Made by a program: the position numbers and the translations under genes
Shown: positions 1 to 6,832 of the stretch, in pieces
Numbering within the stretch: the first letter of the stretch is position 1
Layout of the letters: each line of letters starts with the position of its first letter
Source of the DNA: a virus
Virus genome (UHGV): UHGV-0204469
Direction: 5' to 3' (one strand)
Length of the DNA: 35,128 bases
Notes under the pieces: generated by a model
Databases searched by the model: none
What the model was told of the DNA's origin: nothing
The model's input: only the letters and a program-made list of their open reading frames with translations

Positions 1-288
1 ATGAAAACAATTGATAAAGGAACACTTACACGTACAATCTTACTTTGGTTGGCAATTTTAAACCAAGTATTGACAGCGCTTGGTAAGAATCCACTTCCAT
101 TAGATGATAATACTGTCAGTACATTAATTACTGCTGTATTTGCTCTTTTGGCTTGGTGGAAGAACAATGACTTTACTCATGCAGCAAAAAAAGGAACTGA
201 ACTTACAAAAAGTTTGAAAAATGGTGATAGCGTTCAAGTGGTTAAAGCTTCTGACGCTGACCACGAATTCACAGAAGGGGGCGAATGA
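1..288 (+). CDS. Holin (SPP1-family-like)
   Basis: Two hydrophobic segments, NQVL..LG.NPLP and WWKNNDFT.AA motifs; directly upstream of lysin; RBS AAAGGAG at 35115-35121 across the circular junction. Confidence 0.9.
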   Translation: MKTIDKGTLTRTILLWLAILNQVLTALGKNPLPLDDNTVSTLITAVFALLAWWKNNDFTHAAKKGTELTKSLKNGDSVQVVKASDADHEFTEGGE

Positions 289-1067
289 TGTCAAGTATTG
301 AAAATATGATTGCTTGGATGCAAGCACGAAAAGGTAAAGTTACTTACTCAATGACTTCACGAATGGGCCCAATTAGTTATGATTGTAGCTCGTCAGTATT
401 CTTTGCCATGATTGCCGGTGGCTTTCTGTCGGCTGGATCAATGGGAAATACTGAAACCTTATTTGGGATGTCAGGTACGAAACTGAAAGAAATCAGCCGT
501 GGAGAAGTTCAAAGTGGGGATATTTTTATCTCAGGCACTCCAGGAGGTTCAGCTGGTTCAGACGGACACACAGGTATTTTCCTAAGCAACGGCTCATTCA
601 TTCACTGTTCTTATACTCACAATGGAATTGCGGTTGATACGAACGATGCATACATGAGTACTCGCTTGCCACATCACTTTTATCGAATTGTTGGCTCAGG
701 TTCAGGAAGCACTGATAATAAGCCACAAATGGTTACATTAAACGTCGATGGCCAATTTGGAAGTGCAACTGCTAAACGATTGCAAGAATACTTTGATACA
801 GCTGGGAAAGACGGAGTAATCAGCCACCAGTACAAACAAACCTTTAACCAAAATATCTATGCTGCACAGTTTGATTCATCACTGACAGGTTCAAACGTGG
901 TTAAAGCATTGCAAAGATTCTTAGGAGTTGGTCAAGATGGACTGTTTGGCCAAGGTACAATTAAAGCGTTACAAAAGCACCTTGGAACTACACAAGACGG
1001 AACTATTAGCCCAGTTTCTGATTCTGTCAGAGAACTGCAACGTCGATTAAATGCGAATAAACTATAA
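285..1067 (+). CDS. Endolysin (NlpC/P60-type amidase domain + C-terminal peptidoglycan-binding repeats)
   Basis: YDCSS catalytic Cys and GHTG His motifs; DG.FG..T...LQ cell-wall-binding repeats; ATGA overlap with holin. Confidence 0.92.
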   Translation: MMSSIENMIAWMQARKGKVTYSMTSRMGPISYDCSSSVFFAMIAGGFLSAGSMGNTETLFGMSGTKLKEISRGEVQSGDIFISGTPGGSAGSDGHTGIFLSNGSFIHCSYTHNGIAVDTNDAYMSTRLPHHFYRIVGSGSGSTDNKPQMVTLNVDGQFGSATAKRLQEYFDTAGKDGVISHQYKQTFNQNIYAAQFDSSLTGSNVVKALQRFLGVGQDGLFGQGTIKALQKHLGTTQDGTISPVSDSVRELQRRLNANKL

Positions 1068-1071
1068 AATT

Positions 1072-1100
1072 AACCCTGGCTTCGGTCAGGGTCTTTTTTT
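1072..1100 (+). terminator. Rho-independent terminator of lysis operon
   Basis: ACCCTGGC-TTCG-GTCAGGGT stem-loop followed by T7. Confidence 0.9.
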
Positions 1101-1124
1101 ATTATTCAATTAAGGAAAGAGCGG

Positions 1125-1199
1125 TATAATATACTCATTCCAAAAGTTAAAAACTTTTTCATAAATACTCCTAAGCGCCTATTACTCCAGGTGCTTTTT
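1125..1199 (+). ncRNA. Candidate sRNA cassette 1 (-10 box, ~63-nt RNA, terminator)
   Basis: TATAAT 1125-1130; AAAAGTT/AACTTTT hairpin; CATAAATACTCCT (antisense to an RBS+ATG); terminator AAGCGCCT/AGGTGCTT+T. Confidence 0.5.
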
Positions 1200-1200
1200 A

Positions 1201-1275
1201 TGTTATAATAATTTCGAGCGGTTTAGAACTCCTGCTCACCTCAACTTTAAGCTGTTCCTCGGAGTGGCTTTTTTT
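1201..1275 (+). ncRNA. Candidate sRNA cassette 2
   Basis: Extended -10 TGtTATAAT 1201-1209; hairpin GAGCGG/CTGCTC with AACTCCT in loop/3' arm; terminator AAGCTGTTCC/GGAGTGGCTT+T run. Confidence 0.5.
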
Positions 1276-1283
1276 ATTTGCTC

Positions 1284-1299
1284 CCGACATTTTTGTCGG
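1284..1299. promoter_or_regulatory. Perfect palindrome, putative operator
   Basis: CCGACA-TTTT-TGTCGG over the -35 region of the promoter at 1310-1318. Confidence 0.4.
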
Positions 1300-1309
1300 T
1301 ACCAAAGTA

Positions 1310-1361
1310 TGTTATAATGAAAGTCTTAAACATAGGTGTCAGCAATTTGCTGGCATTTTTT
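1310..1361 (+). ncRNA. Candidate sRNA cassette 3 (very short)
   Basis: Extended -10 TGtTATAAT 1310-1318; terminator TGTCAGCAA/TTGCTGGCA+T6. Confidence 0.4.
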
Positions 1362-1392
1362 ATTTTTCAGGGAATATTGTATAATGATGTTA

Positions 1393-1477
1393 GTGGACGA
1401 GAATAAAATATTCTTTATTTATAACGTCGGTAATCTGCAGTGCCGTCCACACTTACAACATGAGTGCTACAGATTAT
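1393..1477 (+). ncRNA. Candidate pseudoknotted RNA upstream of tRNA
   Basis: TATAAT 1380-1385; crossing helices GTGGACG/CGTCCAC and TAATCTG..../....CAGATTA plus two small hairpins. Confidence 0.45.
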
Positions 1478-1484
1478 CATAATT

Positions 1485-1558
1485 GGTTCTTTAGCTTAGT
1501 TGGTTAAAGTCCCCCGCTCATAACGGGGTTAGCGCTGGTTCGAGTCCAGCAAGAACCA
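1485..1558 (+). tRNA. tRNA with CAT anticodon (tRNA-Ile2-like or elongator Met)
   Basis: Acceptor GGTTCTT/AAGAACC, D-arm, anticodon arm CCCCG-CTCATAA-CGGGG, T-loop GGTTCGAGTCC; no encoded CCA. Confidence 0.93.
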
Positions 1559-1563
1559 TAAAT

Positions 1564-1810
1564 AAAAGGGGCAAAAAAGGGGCATAAGTCGTAAACTTTA
1601 GTCTGAAAATGTGTATATTTGAAAAAAGTTATAAACGCATGAATGTTTATTTAGCAACTGTTTGGGCGCTTTTAGGAAAATATGAAATCTCAAAATAAAA
1701 AGTTTATCATAACGTTGCAAATCTCTAATAGTTGTTGATATAACTGTGTTCAATCGGTGCTATTATTTTCAAATTACCTGAAAGGGGCACGCAAGGGGCA
1801 TGAATGTTTA
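1564..1810. other. attP region with integrase arm-type repeats
   Basis: AAGGGGCA x4 (1566, 1577, 1782, 1793) in two pairs with 11-bp period, flanking an AT-rich ~200-bp core immediately downstream of int. Confidence 0.8.
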
Positions 1811-1829
1811 AAAATTAAAAGCGAGGCTA

Positions 1830-2978
1830 TCAAGCTCCGCTTATTTTTTTGTTCAACTGGTCAATTAAATCTGATTTCATTTGCTTAGTAACGTGGGTGT
1901 ATATTTTAAGCGTTGTATTTGGACTATGGTGTCCTACCCGCTCCATAATACTTTTTAGAGGAAGATTAAGCTCTGCCAGTTGAGAGATATGAGTATGCCT
2001 AAAAGTATGCGTGGAAAGCTTTTTATTTAGCTTGAGGTATCTCTTAGCATGCCTTAGTGAGTCATTTATATTTCCGATGTAAATAGGAGTGCCAAACATA
2101 GTTGTGAAAATATAATCTTCCTCCTGGTAAAATTTGGAGGTCTGTTTCATTAAAGAATTTTCAAGTATAATCTCTTCAATAATTTCAATGGCACGATCTG
2201 GAAGACTTACAGTTCTTCTGGAGTATTCATTTTTGGGTTCAGTAGCCACTGGTTTTTTTTTTCTAATTGTGTAGTCCAAGGTTTTTGTGATGTGGACAGC
2301 TTTGCCATCATAGTCATTATATTTTAGAGCAATTAGCTCTCCATAACGTAAACCTGTAAGAGACAAAAACTCTACAATTTGCCCATAGCGTTTTGACCTT
2401 TTATGGTTGGTGAGTCTTTTTATAACAGCTTCTAATTCATCATGTTCAAGATATTTTTCTTCAACATTTTCTGTTTTATCTGTTTTTTTCTTATCAATTC
2501 TTACATCGCTTACTGGATTGGAAGAAATATAACCTCGCATTTTAGCATACCTGAAAATATTTGATAACATTGTTTTATAACCGTCAGTGGTGCTAAAAGA
2601 TAAGTCTTCTTCATAATAAATCTTATCAATCCATTTCTGGATAGTTCCACTTGTGATATTTCCAATCAGAGCAGTCTTAACAATACGGGTGTCAGAATTT
2701 CTCCATTGGCTTTGAATATGACGGACGGTTGAAGCTTTACTGGTTTTTGAGTACTTAATCATCCACTCGTTATATATCATTTCAAGCGTTTGTTTTCCCT
2801 CTGGAATCTCTGACAGTTTGCCATTAATTTTATCAGCAAGTTCAGCTTGTGCAGCTTTTTGAGCCCGGGGTGTTTTCTTATCAAGTGTAACTGATACCTT
2901 TTTTAATTTCTCTGTCAGTGGATCACGGTATCTTTCAAAATATTTGTACTTCCCGTTTGGTAAATCTTCTACCCACAT
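1830..2978 (-). CDS. int: Tyrosine integrase
   Basis: TGLRYGE, HTFRHTH, VGH...TT..IYTH catalytic motifs; typical MWVE...NGKYK N-terminus. Confidence 0.97.
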   Translation of the reverse strand: MWVEDLPNGKYKYFERYRDPLTEKLKKVSVTLDKKTPRAQKAAQAELADKINGKLSEIPEGKQTLEMIYNEWMIKYSKTSKASTVRHIQSQWRNSDTRIVKTALIGNITSGTIQKWIDKIYYEEDLSFSTTDGYKTMLSNIFRYAKMRGYISSNPVSDVRIDKKKTDKTENVEEKYLEHDELEAVIKRLTNHKRSKRYGQIVEFLSLTGLRYGELIALKYNDYDGKAVHITKTLDYTIRKKKPVATEPKNEYSRRTVSLPDRAIEIIEEIILENSLMKQTSKFYQEEDYIFTTMFGTPIYIGNINDSLRHAKRYLKLNKKLSTHTFRHTHISQLAELNLPLKSIMERVGHHSPNTTLKIYTHVTKQMKSDLIDQLNKKISGA

Positions 2979-3100
2979 TTGATTTTTACTCCATTTCTTG
3001 CTAAAATTGAGTACGAGAAAACTCCATCAGCATTGATGAATTTCTTGCACTACATAGATTTAATCTGTCCGCTCCGTCGAAAGTTTGGGCAGATTTTTTT
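2979..3100 (+). ncRNA. Candidate antisense RNA upstream of int with promoter and terminator
   Basis: TTGATT(2979)-17 nt-TAAAAT(3002) with extended TG; long hairpin ~3011-3050; terminator AATCTGTCC/GGGCAGATT+T run. Confidence 0.55.
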
Positions 3101-3102
3101 AT

Positions 3103-3474
3103 TTACTTAGTTTTCCATGAATGACCACAAGATTTGCAGGTCATATATGCCCGATCTTTAGCGTTACCCATTAAGCTCACTAGGTTCTTTCTATATCCAG
3201 TGACCATCAGGTCTTGGCTATAACATTCTGGACACATAACACCAGCTTTAATAAGCTTTGGATTTTTCTTAGGTTTAGGTGGTTCCTGTTTTAATTGTTC
3301 AAGTTTGGCTTCTTTTTTCAAGGCTCTATTTTCTGATTGTTGAGCCATTTTAGCTTTGCTTGCTTCAAGTCCTTTTTTTGCTAAATCAGCACTTGCGGCT
3401 TTTAGTTTGTCGGAATCGGTAACAGTATCTTTTAATTCCGCTGCTTTATCCTTTACTTTGTCAAAAATTCCCAT
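3103..3474 (-). CDS. Hypothetical lysogeny-module protein with C-terminal zinc ribbon
   Basis: RBS AGGAG; helical N-terminus; CPEC...CKSCG motif. Confidence 0.8.
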   Translation of the reverse strand: MGIFDKVKDKAAELKDTVTDSDKLKAASADLAKKGLEASKAKMAQQSENRALKKEAKLEQLKQEPPKPKKNPKLIKAGVMCPECYSQDLMVTGYRKNLVSLMGNAKDRAYMTCKSCGHSWKTK

Positions 3475-3492
3475 TCTGTACTCCTATTATTT

Positions 3493-3693
3493 TTATTTAA
3501 ACAAATCCCAAATTGAGAAGGTTGTTTTCTTATAAACTTTATTATATGCCGCTTTTTTTGGATTTTTAACCCAACCCATGCCCTTTTTTCCATAACCAGG
3601 AATAAGGGCTTTTTTTACTTTACGCTTATATTTTGCAGTCGTTCTAGCTTTAAAGCTTTTTGTAAGGCTAGGTTTTCTCATTCCAAATTTCAT
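3493..3693 (-). CDS. Small, highly basic prophage protein
   Basis: RBS AAGGAG; K/R-rich MKFGMRKPS...PGYGKKGMGW; co-oriented with cI. Confidence 0.8.
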   Translation of the reverse strand: MKFGMRKPSLTKSFKARTTAKYKRKVKKALIPGYGKKGMGWVKNPKKAAYNKVYKKTTFSIWDLFK

Positions 3694-3704
3694 AATGTCT
3701 CCTT

Positions 3705-4556
3705 TTAAAAAAATTGTTTAACCTCTAGTAGTGTACCGATAACACGAGCTGGGTTATATTCGTTAATCTGAATCGTCTTGCATTCATTGTTTTCAGGTAT
3801 TAAAGTTAATCCTAGTAAATATCCGTTTTCATCGTAATTGTGATAGATTCTTTTAACAGTTATCCAGTTTTCATCTTCACCCATAACTGCGCCGATTCGG
3901 CCGTCATATATGTCATCGGAGTGCTCAAACATACCAAATGAACTATCATGAATGAGCGGTTCCATACTGTTACCTTTAATTTGAAGCCAGAAGATATCAT
4001 CACGATCAGCATACTCAGGGCTAACTGCCATCATACCATCAAAGTTTTCTTCTGCTAATATATTATATCCTGCTGCGATTTCTCCTAGTATCGGCGCCAT
4101 TCCCATTTTATCAGGTTCATAAGGCATATAACCTGGTATTTTAGTAATGTCAATCGGCGGTTTATCTAAGCCAAGGATTTTGCGCTCTCGTTTTTTCGCT
4201 TCTTCAATTATTCTTTGCTGTTCTTCTAATTGAATATTTGCAGTATCCAGAACAATTTGTTGACGAGGTTCTTCAAGTCGTGAACTTACTTTTGCTATTT
4301 CTTCTACTATGGGAGTAGGTGGCTTTGGACGTTCACTTTCTGGCTCAACTAAATCAGCTTTAGAAATGTTCCAATGGTTTGCCAATATTTCGATTTTGTC
4401 GATACGAGGATATGTTCTGGCTTTCAACCAAGCGGTAACAGTAAAATAGCTGACTCCAGCGATTTCCGCGATATCATTTCTATCTAAGCCGTACATGTTC
4501 ATATAACGCTGGAGGTTTTCAGCCATAATTTCTTTATTTCCTAAATGTCCACTCAT
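3705..4556 (-). CDS. cI: CI-like repressor (XRE HTH + S24 peptidase)
   Basis: HTH with YPRIDKIE; IAAG cleavage site; GNSMEP Ser and VKRI Lys; start moved to ATG 4556 after RBS GAAGGA. Confidence 0.93.
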   Translation of the reverse strand: MSGHLGNKEIMAENLQRYMNMYGLDRNDIAEIAGVSYFTVTAWLKARTYPRIDKIEILANHWNISKADLVEPESERPKPPTPIVEEIAKVSSRLEEPRQQIVLDTANIQLEEQQRIIEEAKKRERKILGLDKPPIDITKIPGYMPYEPDKMGMAPILGEIAAGYNILAEENFDGMMAVSPEYADRDDIFWLQIKGNSMEPLIHDSSFGMFEHSDDIYDGRIGAVMGEDENWITVKRIYHNYDENGYLLGLTLIPENNECKTIQINEYNPARVIGTLLEVKQFF

Positions 4557-4587
4557 CTTTGTTCCTTCTATAGTTTTAATTAACAAT

Positions 4588-4684
4588 ATTGTATATTAAA
4601 AATACAAAAAAAACAAGTGAAAATTAAACAAATTGTATTTTTTTGTATTTTACGCTTGACATTGTATTTATAATACAGTAAAAT
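4588..4684. promoter_or_regulatory. Divergent genetic-switch promoters and operators
   Basis: Rightward TTGACA(4656)-17-TAAAAT(4679); leftward TTGTTT(4616)-17-TACAAT(4593); TGTAT-N5-ATACA palindrome at 4663-4677 and near-match at 4592-4606. Confidence 0.8.
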
Positions 4685-4716
4685 GAATTTATAGAAATTG
4701 AGAAAGGAGAACAACG

Positions 4717-4920
4717 ATGCCTGAAAATTTCAAATTAACCTTGGCAGCCCTTCGTGTTAACAAAGGTTTGAACCAAGAACAAATGGCTAAAGAACTGGGT
4801 ATTCACAAGAATACTTGGATGAATTGGGAATCTGGAAAAACATTTCCTGATATACCAGACTTGGAAAAAATCGAGAAATATTTTTGTTTACCATACAAAA
4901 ATATTAATTTTTATCCATGA
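4717..4920 (+). CDS. cro: Cro-like HTH regulator
   Basis: XRE HTH (LNQEQMAKELGI..NTW.NWESGKTFP); divergent from cI; RBS AAAGGAG. Confidence 0.9.
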   Translation: MPENFKLTLAALRVNKGLNQEQMAKELGIHKNTWMNWESGKTFPDIPDLEKIEKYFCLPYKNINFYP

Positions 4921-4921
4921 T

Positions 4922-4936
4922 TGTATTTTAAATACA
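4922..4936. promoter_or_regulatory. Distal repressor operator
   Basis: TGTAT-TTTAA-ATACA, same palindrome as 4663-4677, right after cro stop. Confidence 0.7.
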
Positions 4937-4963
4937 CAAGGTTAAACAGAAAGGAGAAATAAA

Positions 4964-5224
4964 ATGCCTCAATCAAAAGTAACCTTTGTTCCAGTTGAAT
5001 CTGCAGAAAAAGCAGAATGGGCTGACAAAGACCATCTTCTGGAAGTTTGGCAAGGCTTGTCTAAGGCAACCTTAACAGCTTGGCTTACAGAGATGCGAGG
5101 GCGTCCGGAATTTAAAAAAGGTGTCCTCAATCCCACTCATAAAATAGTCTTTATCAATAAAGAAGTATTTAAAGAGTTTGTAGAGTGGAAAGAAGCAACT
5201 CGATATAAGAGTTATAAAAAATAG
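4964..5224 (+). CDS. Putative excisionase / DNA-binding protein
   Basis: RBS AAAGGAG; size, position after cro and winged-helix-like sequence. Confidence 0.55.
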   Translation: MPQSKVTFVPVESAEKAEWADKDHLLEVWQGLSKATLTAWLTEMRGRPEFKKGVLNPTHKIVFINKEVFKEFVEWKEATRYKSYKK

Positions 5225-5232
5225 GAGGAAAC

Positions 5233-5487
5233 ATGCTCAAAATTAAACTTTTAAACAAATCTGACCAACAGTGGTTAGAGGGTCGCAAAGATGTTGAAGC
5301 ACAATTGGAGGTTTATAGTTCAATCATCAACGCAAATGACCGTGTTCGAGCTATGAAACAACCACGAGCACAGCCCAGTGAATCACTTGTTCATTATGCA
5401 AAAGAACAATCGCTTGGAATGTGGTTAGAAGAATCACCATTCTTTGCAGAAATGAAAAAAGCCCGCACTGGTAATGCGAGCTGGTAG
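5233..5487 (+). CDS. Hypothetical protein
   Basis: RBS AGGAGG; in early operon. Confidence 0.75.
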   Translation: MLKIKLLNKSDQQWLEGRKDVEAQLEVYSSIINANDRVRAMKQPRAQPSESLVHYAKEQSLGMWLEESPFFAEMKKARTGNASW

Positions 5488-5521
5488 AAAATTTTCCCAA
5501 AATTCTACCTTCATTATATCA
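5455..5521 (-). ncRNA. Candidate antisense sRNA cassette in early operon
   Basis: Minus-strand TGaTATAAT (5521-5513); terminator GCTCGCA/TGCGGGC+T6 ending ~5455. Confidence 0.45.
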
Positions 5522-5540
5522 AAAAATGAAAGTGAATAAC

Positions 5541-6821
5541 ATGATAAAAATCAATAAATTAGAAATTGAAAATGTGAAGCGTGTCAAAGCAGTTTCACTT
5601 GAACCAACACAAAACGGACTGACAGTAATTGGTGGACGAAATGGCCAAGGTAAAACATCAATCCTTGATTCCATTGCATGGGCTTTGGGAGGTAATAAGT
5701 ACAAACCTAGCCAACCTCACCGTGAAGGCAGCGTCCTTCCTCCAAATCTTCAAATCTCACTGAGCAATGGTTTAGAAATCAAGCGTGATGGTAAAAACAG
5801 TGATTTGAAAGTCATTGATCCTAGCGGTCAAAAAGCCGGACAAAAACTTCTTGATAGTTTTGTAGAGGAATTTGCCCTCAACCTTCCAAAATTTATGGAG
5901 TCGTCAAATGCTGACAAAGCAAGAACATTACTTCAAATCATTGGAGTTGGTGACAAGCTGGCAGAGTTCGAGAGAAAAGAACAAGAACTTTATAATGAGC
6001 GTTTGGTTATTGGACGAGTTGCAGACCAGAAAAAGAAATTTGCCGCTGAAATGACCTACTTTCAGGAAGCACCAAAAGAGCTTATCAGTGTGTCTGAACT
6101 TATTCAGGAACAACAAGCTATTCTTGCTAAGAATGCTGAAAATGAGCGACTGAGAGGGCAAAGGGATAGTCTGAAAGAACATCAAACCCAACTCGATTCT
6201 GAAATTGCTCGACTTATCGAAGAAAAAGCAAAAGTTGACCAACAACTCGAAATTGCTGAAAAAGATGCGCTTGATTTACATGATGAATCAACTGAACAAC
6301 TTGAGTACAGCATCAGCAATACCGAAGAAATCAATCGCAAAGTCCGTGCCAATCTTGATAAAGACAAAGCCGAGCAAGATGCTCAGATTGAAAAAGAAAA
6401 ATATGATAATTTGAGCGCTCAAATTGACCGTATTCGTTTAGATAAAAATCAGTTGCTAGAAGATGCAGATTTGCCATTGCCTGGTTTGTCAGTAGCAGAA
6501 GGAGAACTTCTCTACAAAGGACAACGCTGGGACAATATGTCCGGAGCTGAACAGCTTAAAGTTTCAACTGCTATTGTTCGCAAACTCAATCCAGAGTGTG
6601 GCTTCATCTTGATTGATAAGTTAGAACAAATGGACTTAGACACTTTGAAAGAGTTTGGCCACTGGCTCGAACAAGAGCAATTACAAGCAATTGCCACAAG
6701 AGTTTCAACTGGTGACGAGTGTTCTATTATCATCTCTGATGGTTACGGTGAAGAAACTGAACAAGCGGCTGTAATAGAAACAGCACCAGTTCAACCAGAG
6801 CAAACAAAATATCAATTTTGA
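5541..6821 (+). CDS. SMC/Rad50-like AAA ATPase with coiled coil
   Basis: Walker A GRNGQGKT, long coiled coil, MSGAE signature, ILID Walker B; start at 5526 or 5541. Confidence 0.85.
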   Translation: MIKINKLEIENVKRVKAVSLEPTQNGLTVIGGRNGQGKTSILDSIAWALGGNKYKPSQPHREGSVLPPNLQISLSNGLEIKRDGKNSDLKVIDPSGQKAGQKLLDSFVEEFALNLPKFMESSNADKARTLLQIIGVGDKLAEFERKEQELYNERLVIGRVADQKKKFAAEMTYFQEAPKELISVSELIQEQQAILAKNAENERLRGQRDSLKEHQTQLDSEIARLIEEKAKVDQQLEIAEKDALDLHDESTEQLEYSISNTEEINRKVRANLDKDKAEQDAQIEKEKYDNLSAQIDRIRLDKNQLLEDADLPLPGLSVAEGELLYKGQRWDNMSGAEQLKVSTAIVRKLNPECGFILIDKLEQMDLDTLKEFGHWLEQEQLQAIATRVSTGDECSIIISDGYGEETEQAAVIETAPVQPEQTKYQF

Positions 6822-6832
6822 GGTGGTGGATT

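Noticed and set aside
124..327. Minus-strand ORF over holin/lysin
   Set aside because: Antisense shadow of the lysis genes; no supporting motif
1393..1477. HDV-like/theta, twister or hammerhead ribozyme call
   Set aside because: No room for P3/L3, no GG for P1.1, no twister or hammerhead core; lies 5' of the tRNA rather than 3'
1101..1480. CRISPR array or CRISPR-repeat mimic (GTTTAGAAC, GGACGAGAA resemble repeat fragments)
   Set aside because: No repeated unit with spacers, no cas genes; matches are 9 nt or less and recalled from memory
1485..1558. tRNA as a duplicated attB target
   Set aside because: Complete gene with its own upstream promoter, lying outside the arm-site-bounded interval
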